Below are positions 9,390 through 18,840 of a stretch of DNA of 32,000 nucleotides, one piece after another. The notes beneath the pieces were generated by a model. The model saw only the letters and a list, made by a program, of their open reading frames with translations. It ran no database searches and was not told where the DNA came from. Position 1 is the first letter of the stretch. Every line of letters starts with the position of its first letter. Made by a program: the position numbers and the translations under genes. The DNA comes from an uncultured archaeon (GTDB lineage Archaea; Asgardarchaeota; Thorarchaeia; Thorarchaeales; Thorarchaeaceae). The DNA lies in assembly GCA_964354495.1 (NCBI GenBank), contig CAYHAA010000001.1, positions 645,010 to 677,009 of the forward strand. The letters are read 5' to 3'.

Positions 9390-9424
9390 TAATGCTTCTT
9401 TCTGCAATTCTACGTGCTTATTAG

Positions 9425-9446
9425 TGTCAATTCAGACTTATTGACA
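9425..9446. promoter_or_regulatory. Operator-like dyad TGTCAAT-N8-ATTGACA abutting the ATG at 9446
   Basis: Perfect 7-bp arms at 9425-9431 and 9440-9446. Confidence 0.5.
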
Positions 9447-10024
9447 TGAAGCGGAATCAACTTACACTTGTCGCTCGGGATTCAATGGCTTACTTCTCAG
9501 AATCTGCTCTCGCCGATACCTTGACTGAGAGTCTATGGGACACCACCAAGAATCACACGCTGAACATTATCTTGCGTGAGCCTGCCCTCATTGAACTTGC
9601 TAATCGAAGGGATTCCGGCGTCATTCCCTTTTGTGACAACCTGCTTCATTCTGAGGACCAGGAGTGTTGGTTCTCTGCTCTCAAGGCACTAGAGGCTCTG
9701 AACACATATGATGCTGCACAACGACTTCTCATTCTGTGTGGGGATTCTGGGACAAGTGACAGAAGAATAGTCCTGAATGTGTTGGCTCGTGTTCTGACAT
9801 CTTCGCAACGTGAAGGCTTTAGGAGACTCCTACGCTCGGTTCTGGCCCCTGGGGAACTTGACATATCCAGATGGACGCCAACGGCATTGCGTGTTCTTGA
9901 GTCCGTGTGTCACGAACTTGGATTCTCTCTCGAAGATACCACAGGGAAGCTCTATGAAACAAACAGATTTGAAGCCGCAGAAGTGCAGTTTGGTACCTTG
10001 AGAAGAAGCAAGAAACCACTATAG
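9446..10024 (+). CDS. HEAT-repeat-like helical protein (192 aa)
   Basis: LLHSEDQECWFSALKALEAL and DRRIVLNVLARV resemble HEAT/PBS-lyase repeats. Confidence 0.65.
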   Translation: MKRNQLTLVARDSMAYFSESALADTLTESLWDTTKNHTLNIILREPALIELANRRDSGVIPFCDNLLHSEDQECWFSALKALEALNTYDAAQRLLILCGDSGTSDRRIVLNVLARVLTSSQREGFRRLLRSVLAPGELDISRWTPTALRVLESVCHELGFSLEDTTGKLYETNRFEAAEVQFGTLRRSKKPL

Positions 10025-10200
10025 TCCTTCTTGATGCACTCAAAGGCACCATTCTTCTTTTTTGGCTGCAGAAATAAGCCAAAATTGTCTATTTCATGTT
10101 ATACGAGTTGATGTTCGATTTCTTGAGACTTGGACAATGCTTTGAGTCCAAGGCACCTTGTTACAACGTGAGAGAATGATGTACAGCACGTTGGATACGC

Positions 10201-10830
10201 ATGGCCGATTGCTCGTCGAGCAGAGGAGGAATTGCTTTGCAGACTGATCTTCTTACACTGATGACCGCAAACCTACTCTTCTCTGTAAAGATTACTCCAT
10301 TGGTGGTAGTGATTGCCACCCTAATTCGTTCCCTTCTTCTCTTCTCAGGGAACAAGAGAGCTTTCAAGTCTTGGACTAGAAATGCTCTCCTATCAGCTAT
10401 TACCATCGTGTTTCTTCCGGGCAGCATTGTGAACACTGCAGTTCGTTATGTAGTCTGTTCGCTTTTCAGAATTGACTTGAACGGCGTTGGCGCAGGAAGC
10501 ACATATGCTGAGCTCAACCTCTTTCTGAAAGTGGATTCTCCTCCACGTGTGGCTGTTCTCGTTTCTGCCCTCTATGTCAGCACAGTTGCATCCATCTTCA
10601 TTGGGTTCTCACTACTTGTTCTTCCAGTGGTCTTCGTTGCCGGTGCTCCTCTGCAGCTGCTTTGTTGGTACTTGGCACTCGGAGTGCTTTTCAACAGCTC
10701 ACTTCGCGGAGGCGATGTGTCCCTGCTCGGAGCCGCGCTGCATGGTCACCCTGGAAAAGGCATTGCTGAGTTCATTATTGCTGTCATTGTCCTCGCAGTC
10801 TTCTACTCATTTGTGGGGGTCGGAGTATGA
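10201..10830 (+). CDS. Polytopic membrane protein resembling M50-like zinc metalloproteases but lacking HExxH (209 aa)
   Basis: FLPGSIVNTAVRYVVCSLF sits where homologs have PG..HExxH. WYLALGVLFNSSLRGGD sits where homologs have W...S...H..PS..D. Several hydrophobic helices. Confidence 0.6.
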   Translation: MADCSSSRGGIALQTDLLTLMTANLLFSVKITPLVVVIATLIRSLLLFSGNKRAFKSWTRNALLSAITIVFLPGSIVNTAVRYVVCSLFRIDLNGVGAGSTYAELNLFLKVDSPPRVAVLVSALYVSTVASIFIGFSLLVLPVVFVAGAPLQLLCWYLALGVLFNSSLRGGDVSLLGAALHGHPGKGIAEFIIAVIVLAVFYSFVGVGV

Positions 10831-11012
10831 GTCTTGTACAAGACAACCAATCAATCATGTCCCGGGTCGATCCGTTCCCCGACGAACCACACCGTTTTCT
10901 ACCATGCTGGACCTGCAGCTTGATGCAATTCCTGATCCGTCTTTTCCTAGAAGATCGACCCGTTGGACACCCTCTCATCAGCTTAGAAGAATCGGGAGTG
11001 GATATCCTGTGA
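10827..11012 (+). CDS. Putative small protein (61 aa) with CxxC, translationally coupled at both ends
   Basis: ATGA overlap with the upstream stop, TGATG overlap with the downstream start at 11012. Contains CWTC. Confidence 0.4.
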   Translation: MSLVQDNQSIMSRVDPFPDEPHRFLPCWTCSLMQFLIRLFLEDRPVGHPLISLEESGVDIL

Positions 11013-14000
11013 TGAAACAAGCCCTCATCTGCACCTTATTTGTATGCACCATTCTGTTTGCTATTCCGATGACTGCAGTCATAGCTCCAATCGGCGATAC
11101 AGCAGAAGAGCAGTTTAATGTCGAAGAAACTGACTTGAGCGCTGCTGACGCTGGCATCACACGTCCCAGCAATCCTTACATTGTCCTAGAACTCACTTCA
11201 GGTGATGTGCCTGCCCGAGGAGATGCATGGTCTCAGCTGTTGAGTTCCAAAGGAATCCCGAACGTACTACTGAGAACTGAAGATGTTCTATTGAATTCCT
11301 CGGTGATATCGGACACGCCTGCGATTCTTCTTGACGGAAGCCTTGGATCCTACAGCGGAAATCTTGTTTCGCAGTCTCTGATTGATTTGCTCATCCGCCT
11401 AGATACATCTCTGATACTTACTGGACGTTCGGCCTGGTTATTGCACAGATACTCGGGCCGAGGTTCACCCTCTCTGACCGCTCCAGCTGAGACGAAGCTA
11501 CTCGGCTCGTCAACGTACTCTGGAGCGGTCTTCCTCTCACAGCCTGAATCTCTTACTGTTGGCCTGCCTCTGACGTCTGAGAATGGTCTAGTGTTCCCAG
11601 TCGATGAAGCTCAAACTGAGATGTCACTACTCGTGAATCTCACTCGGAGCACAGACTCCTCGACTATAGCTCCTCTCAGACATGATTCTTGGCCGCTAGA
11701 TGTCTTCCTGTTCGCACCTGAGAATCCTGGTTTCCTGACATCGACTGGAGAGGGGCTTCTCGTGAACGTCATCGCATTCTGTACTGCGATACGTGAGTCT
11801 TCTACTGCATCTATTCTATCAGGGTTTCAAACCACGCAGAGTGCTCTTCTTGCAGGAGGAATGAGGTACATGCATGAACCCACGATTTCGTCTACGTATT
11901 TTGCAGTGCATACGATGGAGTCCCTCCTAGTGGGTTCCTCGTGGGAGAACTGGGTGTTGACAAACGCACCTCTGGTTCAAGACATACTCACGAGTCTTCT
12001 TGTAGACTATGGCTCAGAAGCAGGCTTTATGACATCGCAGACAGATACTGTTGTCGACTGCAGAAGCACTGCTCAGGGCCTCTGGCTTGTAAGTGAAATG
12101 AGTCTTACTGTTTCTTTCCCTGTTACTGAGATTGTTGCATACCTAAGTGCCCGACAGAGTTCTGATGGAGGATTCGAGAATTATGTTACCACAACCTTTC
12201 ACGTCACCGAATCACTTTGGGCTTCAGGGTGGCTTTCCAGCATCGATTCAAACCAGCTGGAGATTTGGTTAAGGTCTCTGGTCATTGATGGCGCAAAGAC
12301 CTCCAATCCTGATCTCTGGGGTGCAATAGGTTCGAATCCCACTAGTACCTCACCGTTGAGCAACTATGCAACAGAGTATCTGAGGTCTCTGTTCTTCCTC
12401 GGAAGAGCTCACGCAGACCCGTCAAAGTTGACAAGCTGGATTCTGACTAGAACCTCAAATGGCGACGGCTCATTCAGGAACTCAATAGGTCTTGATGAGG
12501 AGGTCGTCACTGGTACGGCTTCGGCCTTGACAAGCATGCAGATACTCGGTACTCTGAATGGGCTGAACAGGACCTCTGGGCTAAGCTGGCTCACTGATAA
12601 TCAACTTGCATCAGGTGGTTTCGGTTTGAAGACTGCCACATCTGACCTTGTTGGCAAGACGCGCGAAACCTCTCGAGTGGCAGCCTGTCTTAAGATGCTC
12701 GGAGAAACCTCAGGACCTCTTGTGACTGGAGCCGTAGCTTATGTCTATTCAATCACTACTGATGTTGGGTTCGAGCCTATGGACCCACTGCCATCGCTTA
12801 TGTGGACAAGCTGGCTTCTCGAGACGGGTAGGCTGATACATGCTTCCCAGAGCGTCGACCTTGACCTCGCCCGAAACTACATCTCCTGTTATGACGGACC
12901 ATCTACGCTCACTGTCTATCCGTTCTGGGAGAATCTCACTACCATGAGCTCACCTGAGTATGGCATGAACCAGTATAGAACAAAGAGTGTCTGGATACAG
13001 TACTTTGGAGTTTCTGCAGCTCGTTCTCTTGGCATAGAACCTGCGCCGAGTGTTGCTTCAGACATCGTCCTCTATCTCTCCCAGACTCAATACGCCACTG
13101 GACATTACCGACCAACGCCGCTCACAGGCACAGCTCACATGCAGCACTCAGTGGCTGCTGTAGAAACTCTCTATATCTTAAATGAGCTTGACACAATCCT
13201 CTATAGAGAGGCCTTGGAAACAGCCATTCTCTCGATGTATAGCGCTGGTTCGTGGAATACTGCTGGGTGGACTCTCAAACCATTCGCTGGCTCTCAACAC
13301 GCCATCGACTATCTGTCGACATGTGCTGCCATTCGATTGGGAATCGTTACTCCTGCCATGGCCGCTGAGATAGCAGCCTGCATAGACGCTCGTCTACAGT
13401 ACTCTGATCTCTTGGCATTGAGCTGGGATGTTGCTACGTTGTCTCTCTTGCAGACTTCAGCCTTCTCCGCAGGGCTTGAGTCCGTGGACACATCACTTGT
13501 GCTTGATGCCCTGAAGTCATCTCATTTTGTTGATGGATGGTTCAATGCAACCAGACTCTGGCAACCTGTCTTGACAATGAGTGTGCTCAAGATGGTGTCC
13601 ATTCTGGGGCTTCGATGTCTTCTTGATGACATTCCTGGTTCTTCATTCACTGCTAGCGCCAGTCCGACAGCAGAACTTGGGACTGTGCTTGATATCTCCA
13701 TAAGTATAGCCTCCTCGTCAGAAACTCACTCTGTCATAGTCAGAGCACTCGACATATCACTATTGTTCAATAATGTAGGAAACAACGACACGCTGCAGCT
13801 ACCGATACCTGCAAACAGAGAATGTCTTGGTCCCTGGAGCATTTCGTTGATGATTTCCGATTGGGGCTCTTCTCGTGCCTTTGGTGCATTAGAGATTGTC
13901 CTCGAAGGAACGTTACAGGGTTCTGCAGCGTTGACGACTCCAGCTGTGAAAATGGGCGCATTCATAAACGGAACTATTCTGTGGACACTCTCAAACGGCT

Positions 14001-17000
14001 TAGACGCTGGTCCTGCTCATACAACAATTCGCCTAGGCAATCCACCAACGTATCGCCAATGGAGCTATGATACACCTTCCCCCTTCGTATTCTCAGTGCC
14101 CACTTCCGACTTTGATGCTGGTATCTATTCGCTCACGGTCACGGTGGAGGTGCCATACTGTGTATCCCTCATACTCAGCGAAGAGGTAGTGATTGCAGAG
14201 CCGAATCCAACCTACATGAGCGCTCCGACAAGCTCTGATGGTCAGGTGGGCAACGAACTCCGCATAGAATGGTCATTACATTGCGTTGAGGACAACACCC
14301 TGATTGGAAGCCAGGCGGTGAGCTTGGTCATCAGAGACAATGCTAATTCAATTGTATTCACTGATGCGCTGATTTCCAGTACCAGCGGCAATGTGTTTCT
14401 CTGGATTCCAGAAGTGAGGGGCGACTTTACGTTCCAGCTGCTCTTTGATGGGAATGGCACTTTGGATAGTAGCCAAGTGGAAGGGAGTATTCGTGTCTAT
14501 GAGGAAACCGTTCTTTCTTGGATGGGTGGAGGCACGATGAATCAGTATTCAACTGTGAACCTCTCAGTCCTTCTGCAGACCTCGCAAGGAGCGGCTCTCA
14601 GTGGGCAGGCAATACAAGTACTCGTCCAAGCTCCTTCGTCAGTCACTGTTATAGATAGTTGGTGTGTCACGAATTCAACAGGATATGCTACGATTCTGTT
14701 TTCATTATCACAGAATGGTGTCTATCTGCTCCAGGCTCAATACCCTGCAAGCAGTTTTCTCCAAGGCTCTAGTGCCTCAGAATCTCTGACCTCATGGTCA
14801 TCAAGCTCTCTAGTACTGGGTGGAATCGAATCTGAGGTGACGATTGGTGGTACTTTTCAGCTACGGGCACAGCTTGATGATCTTGTACTGAATCCTGTGC
14901 CTGGACAGCCCGTTCTTCTGCGAATAACGTTCCTGCCATCCACAGTCCTTGTGGAGCAGACACTCACGTCGGACTCGGGTGGCTACGTGTTTGTTGAATG
15001 GACAGCAGGCTCAGCAGGTACCTATAGATTTGAGGCGATCTATAGTGGAACGATATCGAGAGCCTCCTCTACCGAGAACATTGATTTTCAAGTTCTCATT
15101 CCTGTTGCACTCACTCTCACTACTGCCACATCATCTGAGACAGGCTCTGAAGAATCAATACTCGTAGTGACAGTTGATCATCTTGGTAATCCTATCTCCG
15201 GCATCTCTATCTCATTGATTGTGCGTGGGCCCGGAGGCACAACTCTGTACACGAATCAGTCCTCCACAACGGGTGGCTCTGTCACATTTCTGTGGGCACC
15301 ATCCCAGAGAGGAGTGAATGAAATCACCGTGGTTTCGGCGCGACAGACTTGGTATCACGAAGCATCATCTTCAGTCACGGTGAATGTGTACGAGACTCCT
15401 GCTATTGATGTTGAGATTCCGTTGGATGCCATTGCACCAACAAGTGATACAATCGAGATTTTCATCTTCGACCATGAGAGTCAACCAGTGCAAGGAGTCA
15501 CTATTCGAGTTCAGATTAAGCTGAATGCAACGACAATAGTCGATGGCAATTTCGTGACAGATGGCAACGGGCTTGTCAGTATCACAGTGAATCTTGACAT
15601 TCCAGGTTTCCTTCAAGCCGAGACTACGCTCTTGCCTCAGGGATGGTTCCTCGAGGCTACTGCAAGTTCGAACAGTGTAGTATCGTCTGCCACAACTCTC
15701 CTGATCATAATCCCTGGCCAACCCGTGCAACAAAGCTCGACAGTTGGAATATCATTTTCTCTTAGCGACTTCTCAGGTGCTCCCTTGGCCGCATCAATGA
15801 TTCAGATTGAAATTGCCTGGGGTAACGGAACAGTCATTCGGTCTGTTACTCGTGTGACTGATAGCACAGGCCATTGTGCTCTTGCACAAACCTTCAATTC
15901 TGTCGGAGACTTTGTCATTCGTGGTTCATACAGTGGCTATGGCTCAAACTCTTCTGCTACTCATGCTGTTGCACAGCGTGTGTTCGTCACGCCATTGATT
16001 GATGTAGCTCATGAACCAAGCTGCATTTCTGGAGAAGCCATGGAGTTCATTGTCAATCTCACCGATGCCCTTGGCAACAACATCATGGGAAGGACAGTGC
16101 AACTGAGCATTGAACAGGGAGGATCAATTGTCTTCGAGGCCCAGTTTCTGTCGGGCGCGGGTCCATCAACAATCACTTGGTATCCGACTCAGGGAGGTAT
16201 TGCTACAATCACAGTAGTCCATCTTGGGAATATGTACTACCTCACAACATCGATGGACACAGCAGTATCCATCATGGAACTCGTCAGCGGCTCTATCGTT
16301 CTATTGCCATGTGAGATTGACATATTCGATTCAGCAGTTCTTGTTTACATTCTCGAAACCGCTATTCCGAGAAGCGGCGTTATAATCCGTTTTGAAGTAC
16401 TTGGAATGGACTTGGTTCCTGTGTGGACAGCTGATCGTCTGACAAACGCTTCAGGTATGGCATCAGTTATCTACACCGCGACAGAAACGCATGGAGTCCT
16501 TCACGTGAATGCAGGCCCTATCGCTGATGAGTTCCTGATTGGCGGCGACGTCCGAGAGCAACTCATTGTCAAGACGTTCTGCAACATCACAGCATCTCTG
16601 CAGCCAACACCGCCGCGCGTGAACACTCTCACTAATATCACAGTTCATGTAATAGACGACCTGGGCGGAACTATCGACGGTCCAACAGTCACTGTAAGTC
16701 TGTACAATCCCTACGGAGAGATTGTGAAGCTAGGCCTCTGGACTAATTCTGAAACAGTCCCTATTGAGAACGGCTTGGCTGTTGTGGACTTCGTACCCAC
16801 AATGGCAGGTCTATATACTGTAGTTTCGAGCTCGTCAGGTTCAACCACAGTTCATGGATTCAGCGGTACGACTCAACACACGGTCTATTCTGTGACCCAG
16901 CTCGTGCTGATTGCATCTGCATACGAGCTCGAGGTGGGACAGACACTAGATGTTATGGCAAGACTTCTTGATCACAATAGTATGCCGCTTGTGGGGAGAA

Positions 17001-18838
17001 ACATTACCCTATACCTTGATGGTCTAGGTACTGGTTCCTTAGGTCCCATTGTACCGGCTACGAACTCGACTGGTTATGTGTCGTGGAGTGTCACGATTGA
17101 TGATGAAGGAGTCTGGGTTTTGACTGCGTCTTTCGGTGGGTTGGGTGTGTATCTTCCTGCAAGCACTGATGCTGCGATCAATGTCAGATACGGGACGGTG
17201 ATTAGCCTCTCGCTCGAGACCTCTGGCGATATTGTTGCAGGCGAAACAATAGCATCGTTTTCCATCCTGTTGGCAGATTCAGGAGGAACGCCACTTGAGG
17301 GCTTCACGGTTCATTATGAGGTCCATGAAGAGAATCTTGGGCTTGTTGTCCAAGGGAGCATAATTCAGACTGACACTGATGTGATTATTCTGAATCTTAC
17401 CATCGAGCAAATGGGCATCTATGCAATCCTTGTTTCCTTCAGTGGAACGAATCACTATCACGCATCAAACGCCGGGATTCAGTTCCTGGTTCTCGGCACT
17501 ACCAATGCTGTATCACCAATTTCAGAGCGCATCGATAGATCAACGGAGAATGCAACTCGGATTGTGATAGAGGATGAGGTTTCCGTGCCGATTCCTCCGG
17601 CCGAACTTGATGTCACAATTGAGCTCCATGGTCCGGATGGACTGGTTGACCTCTCAGGTCGCCTTGTGTGGAATGAGTCTTGGGTGGACTTCTACATCTA
17701 TGGACTCCCTACCGGCGATTATGTCCTCGGCGTCACCGTGCTAGCAGCAGACATGCGCCAAGGATGCAGCGCTCAATTCGATTTTGCCATCACTAGTACT
17801 GCGTGTCTCGCTGTTTCTGAAGAAACCCTCCCTGGACTGATTTCTAAACCTCATTCTCTAACTTTCGTCTTGATGGACTCTTTGGAGGAGGTTGTGGACG
17901 CAGTTGATGTCTGGGTGAGTCTGTATGATCCACTCGGCCGTGAGATCTATGGGCATCCACTTTCGACGCGAACACTGCTTCATTCCTCTCTCATGGGAAC
18001 TGAGGTCTCTTGGACTCCGACTCTTATTGGTGAGTATCGCCTCGTTCTTGTCTTCGAGGGTGATGACTTCTTCGATGCAACATCGCTAGAGGTCATTGTT
18101 CTGGTACTTCATGAGAGCTCGATAACTCTGGCTGCACCATCCCAGTCCGAATTCGGCGAGATGATACCTGTATCCTTAACACTGCAGGGCGCCCTCGGAG
18201 GTATCTCAGGAGTCACAGTCATACTGACAGTGTCAATGGAGGGAGAAATCGAACAGCAGCTATCTCTTGTCACAGGAAGTCGTGGCATCGTAAGCACCAA
18301 TCTTGTAGGTCTCTTGGCAGGGTCTCATGCTATCGTAGTGGCATTCTCGGGCTCTGCCACGCAGGCTTCGTGCATAGGAAATATGACTGTAGTCGTTGTT
18401 CCTGTTTTTGTGATTGCGCTTGATTCAAGGGGTGACCTCTTTGTGGGACACAACTGTAGTGTTGATGTTTCGGTGAGCATCCTTGGGCTGTCCTCTGCCT
18501 GGAATGGATCTCTTGAAGCTGTTCTCTTCGACACCGCTCGCTCTAGGGTCGACACATGGAATATTGAGATAGGTCCATACTCGCTCTTTGTCATCGATTT
18601 CCTGCCTCTCGCTGAAGGCGCCTATTCGCTGAATGTCACCATCACAGGCTTGCCTATCATTGCAGAGAGGGTTCTTCCGATGGCGATTGCGATAGTGCGC
18701 GAGACACTAACACTGCAGTTGGATCCACAGACCACACCAATGTTTGGCGGGCTAGGCATCCTCGCTATTGTGGGGTTGGTCATTAGGAAGAAAATGAAGA
18801 GCATGCTCGAGTCGATGCCAGGAGAATGGAGAGAATAA
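11012..18838 (+). CDS. Giant cell-surface protein (~2608 aa): signal peptide, prenyltransferase/squalene-cyclase-like repeat domain, ~14 Ig-like repeats, C-terminal membrane anchor
   Basis: Start re-called at ATG 11012 (GGAGTG upstream; MKQALICTLFVCTILFAIPMTAVIA signal-like), not 10547. QW-like motifs YLSARQSSDGGF, WILTRTSNGDGSF, WLTDNQLASGGFG, YLSQTQYATGHY. Recurrent L.D..G.P..G..V and T(N/D)..G patterns. TM PMFGGLGILAIVGLVI followed by RKKMK. Confidence 0.85.
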   Translation: MKQALICTLFVCTILFAIPMTAVIAPIGDTAEEQFNVEETDLSAADAGITRPSNPYIVLELTSGDVPARGDAWSQLLSSKGIPNVLLRTEDVLLNSSVISDTPAILLDGSLGSYSGNLVSQSLIDLLIRLDTSLILTGRSAWLLHRYSGRGSPSLTAPAETKLLGSSTYSGAVFLSQPESLTVGLPLTSENGLVFPVDEAQTEMSLLVNLTRSTDSSTIAPLRHDSWPLDVFLFAPENPGFLTSTGEGLLVNVIAFCTAIRESSTASILSGFQTTQSALLAGGMRYMHEPTISSTYFAVHTMESLLVGSSWENWVLTNAPLVQDILTSLLVDYGSEAGFMTSQTDTVVDCRSTAQGLWLVSEMSLTVSFPVTEIVAYLSARQSSDGGFENYVTTTFHVTESLWASGWLSSIDSNQLEIWLRSLVIDGAKTSNPDLWGAIGSNPTSTSPLSNYATEYLRSLFFLGRAHADPSKLTSWILTRTSNGDGSFRNSIGLDEEVVTGTASALTSMQILGTLNGLNRTSGLSWLTDNQLASGGFGLKTATSDLVGKTRETSRVAACLKMLGETSGPLVTGAVAYVYSITTDVGFEPMDPLPSLMWTSWLLETGRLIHASQSVDLDLARNYISCYDGPSTLTVYPFWENLTTMSSPEYGMNQYRTKSVWIQYFGVSAARSLGIEPAPSVASDIVLYLSQTQYATGHYRPTPLTGTAHMQHSVAAVETLYILNELDTILYREALETAILSMYSAGSWNTAGWTLKPFAGSQHAIDYLSTCAAIRLGIVTPAMAAEIAACIDARLQYSDLLALSWDVATLSLLQTSAFSAGLESVDTSLVLDALKSSHFVDGWFNATRLWQPVLTMSVLKMVSILGLRCLLDDIPGSSFTASASPTAELGTVLDISISIASSSETHSVIVRALDISLLFNNVGNNDTLQLPIPANRECLGPWSISLMISDWGSSRAFGALEIVLEGTLQGSAALTTPAVKMGAFINGTILWTLSNGLDAGPAHTTIRLGNPPTYRQWSYDTPSPFVFSVPTSDFDAGIYSLTVTVEVPYCVSLILSEEVVIAEPNPTYMSAPTSSDGQVGNELRIEWSLHCVEDNTLIGSQAVSLVIRDNANSIVFTDALISSTSGNVFLWIPEVRGDFTFQLLFDGNGTLDSSQVEGSIRVYEETVLSWMGGGTMNQYSTVNLSVLLQTSQGAALSGQAIQVLVQAPSSVTVIDSWCVTNSTGYATILFSLSQNGVYLLQAQYPASSFLQGSSASESLTSWSSSSLVLGGIESEVTIGGTFQLRAQLDDLVLNPVPGQPVLLRITFLPSTVLVEQTLTSDSGGYVFVEWTAGSAGTYRFEAIYSGTISRASSTENIDFQVLIPVALTLTTATSSETGSEESILVVTVDHLGNPISGISISLIVRGPGGTTLYTNQSSTTGGSVTFLWAPSQRGVNEITVVSARQTWYHEASSSVTVNVYETPAIDVEIPLDAIAPTSDTIEIFIFDHESQPVQGVTIRVQIKLNATTIVDGNFVTDGNGLVSITVNLDIPGFLQAETTLLPQGWFLEATASSNSVVSSATTLLIIIPGQPVQQSSTVGISFSLSDFSGAPLAASMIQIEIAWGNGTVIRSVTRVTDSTGHCALAQTFNSVGDFVIRGSYSGYGSNSSATHAVAQRVFVTPLIDVAHEPSCISGEAMEFIVNLTDALGNNIMGRTVQLSIEQGGSIVFEAQFLSGAGPSTITWYPTQGGIATITVVHLGNMYYLTTSMDTAVSIMELVSGSIVLLPCEIDIFDSAVLVYILETAIPRSGVIIRFEVLGMDLVPVWTADRLTNASGMASVIYTATETHGVLHVNAGPIADEFLIGGDVREQLIVKTFCNITASLQPTPPRVNTLTNITVHVIDDLGGTIDGPTVTVSLYNPYGEIVKLGLWTNSETVPIENGLAVVDFVPTMAGLYTVVSSSSGSTTVHGFSGTTQHTVYSVTQLVLIASAYELEVGQTLDVMARLLDHNSMPLVGRNITLYLDGLGTGSLGPIVPATNSTGYVSWSVTIDDEGVWVLTASFGGLGVYLPASTDAAINVRYGTVISLSLETSGDIVAGETIASFSILLADSGGTPLEGFTVHYEVHEENLGLVVQGSIIQTDTDVIILNLTIEQMGIYAILVSFSGTNHYHASNAGIQFLVLGTTNAVSPISERIDRSTENATRIVIEDEVSVPIPPAELDVTIELHGPDGLVDLSGRLVWNESWVDFYIYGLPTGDYVLGVTVLAADMRQGCSAQFDFAITSTACLAVSEETLPGLISKPHSLTFVLMDSLEEVVDAVDVWVSLYDPLGREIYGHPLSTRTLLHSSLMGTEVSWTPTLIGEYRLVLVFEGDDFFDATSLEVIVLVLHESSITLAAPSQSEFGEMIPVSLTLQGALGGISGVTVILTVSMEGEIEQQLSLVTGSRGIVSTNLVGLLAGSHAIVVAFSGSATQASCIGNMTVVVVPVFVIALDSRGDLFVGHNCSVDVSVSILGLSSAWNGSLEAVLFDTARSRVDTWNIEIGPYSLFVIDFLPLAEGAYSLNVTITGLPIIAERVLPMAIAIVRETLTLQLDPQTTPMFGGLGILAIVGLVIRKKMKSMLESMPGEWRE

Positions 18839-18840
18839 TC

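Noticed and set aside
10129-10152. 7-bp inverted repeat CTTGGAC-N10-GTCCAAG upstream of the M50-like gene
   Set aside because: A single short dyad, unrelated to the other dyads, and within chance expectation.
10547-11011. 5' extension of the giant ORF given in the track (2763 aa)
   Set aside because: It overlaps a better-supported membrane gene, reads as non-protein-like, and lies before a clear RBS and signal peptide at 11012.
11870-13600. Alpha-2-macroglobulin thioester domain or active class II terpene cyclase
   Set aside because: Neither GCGEQ nor DxDD was found. Only the generic repeat fold is supported.
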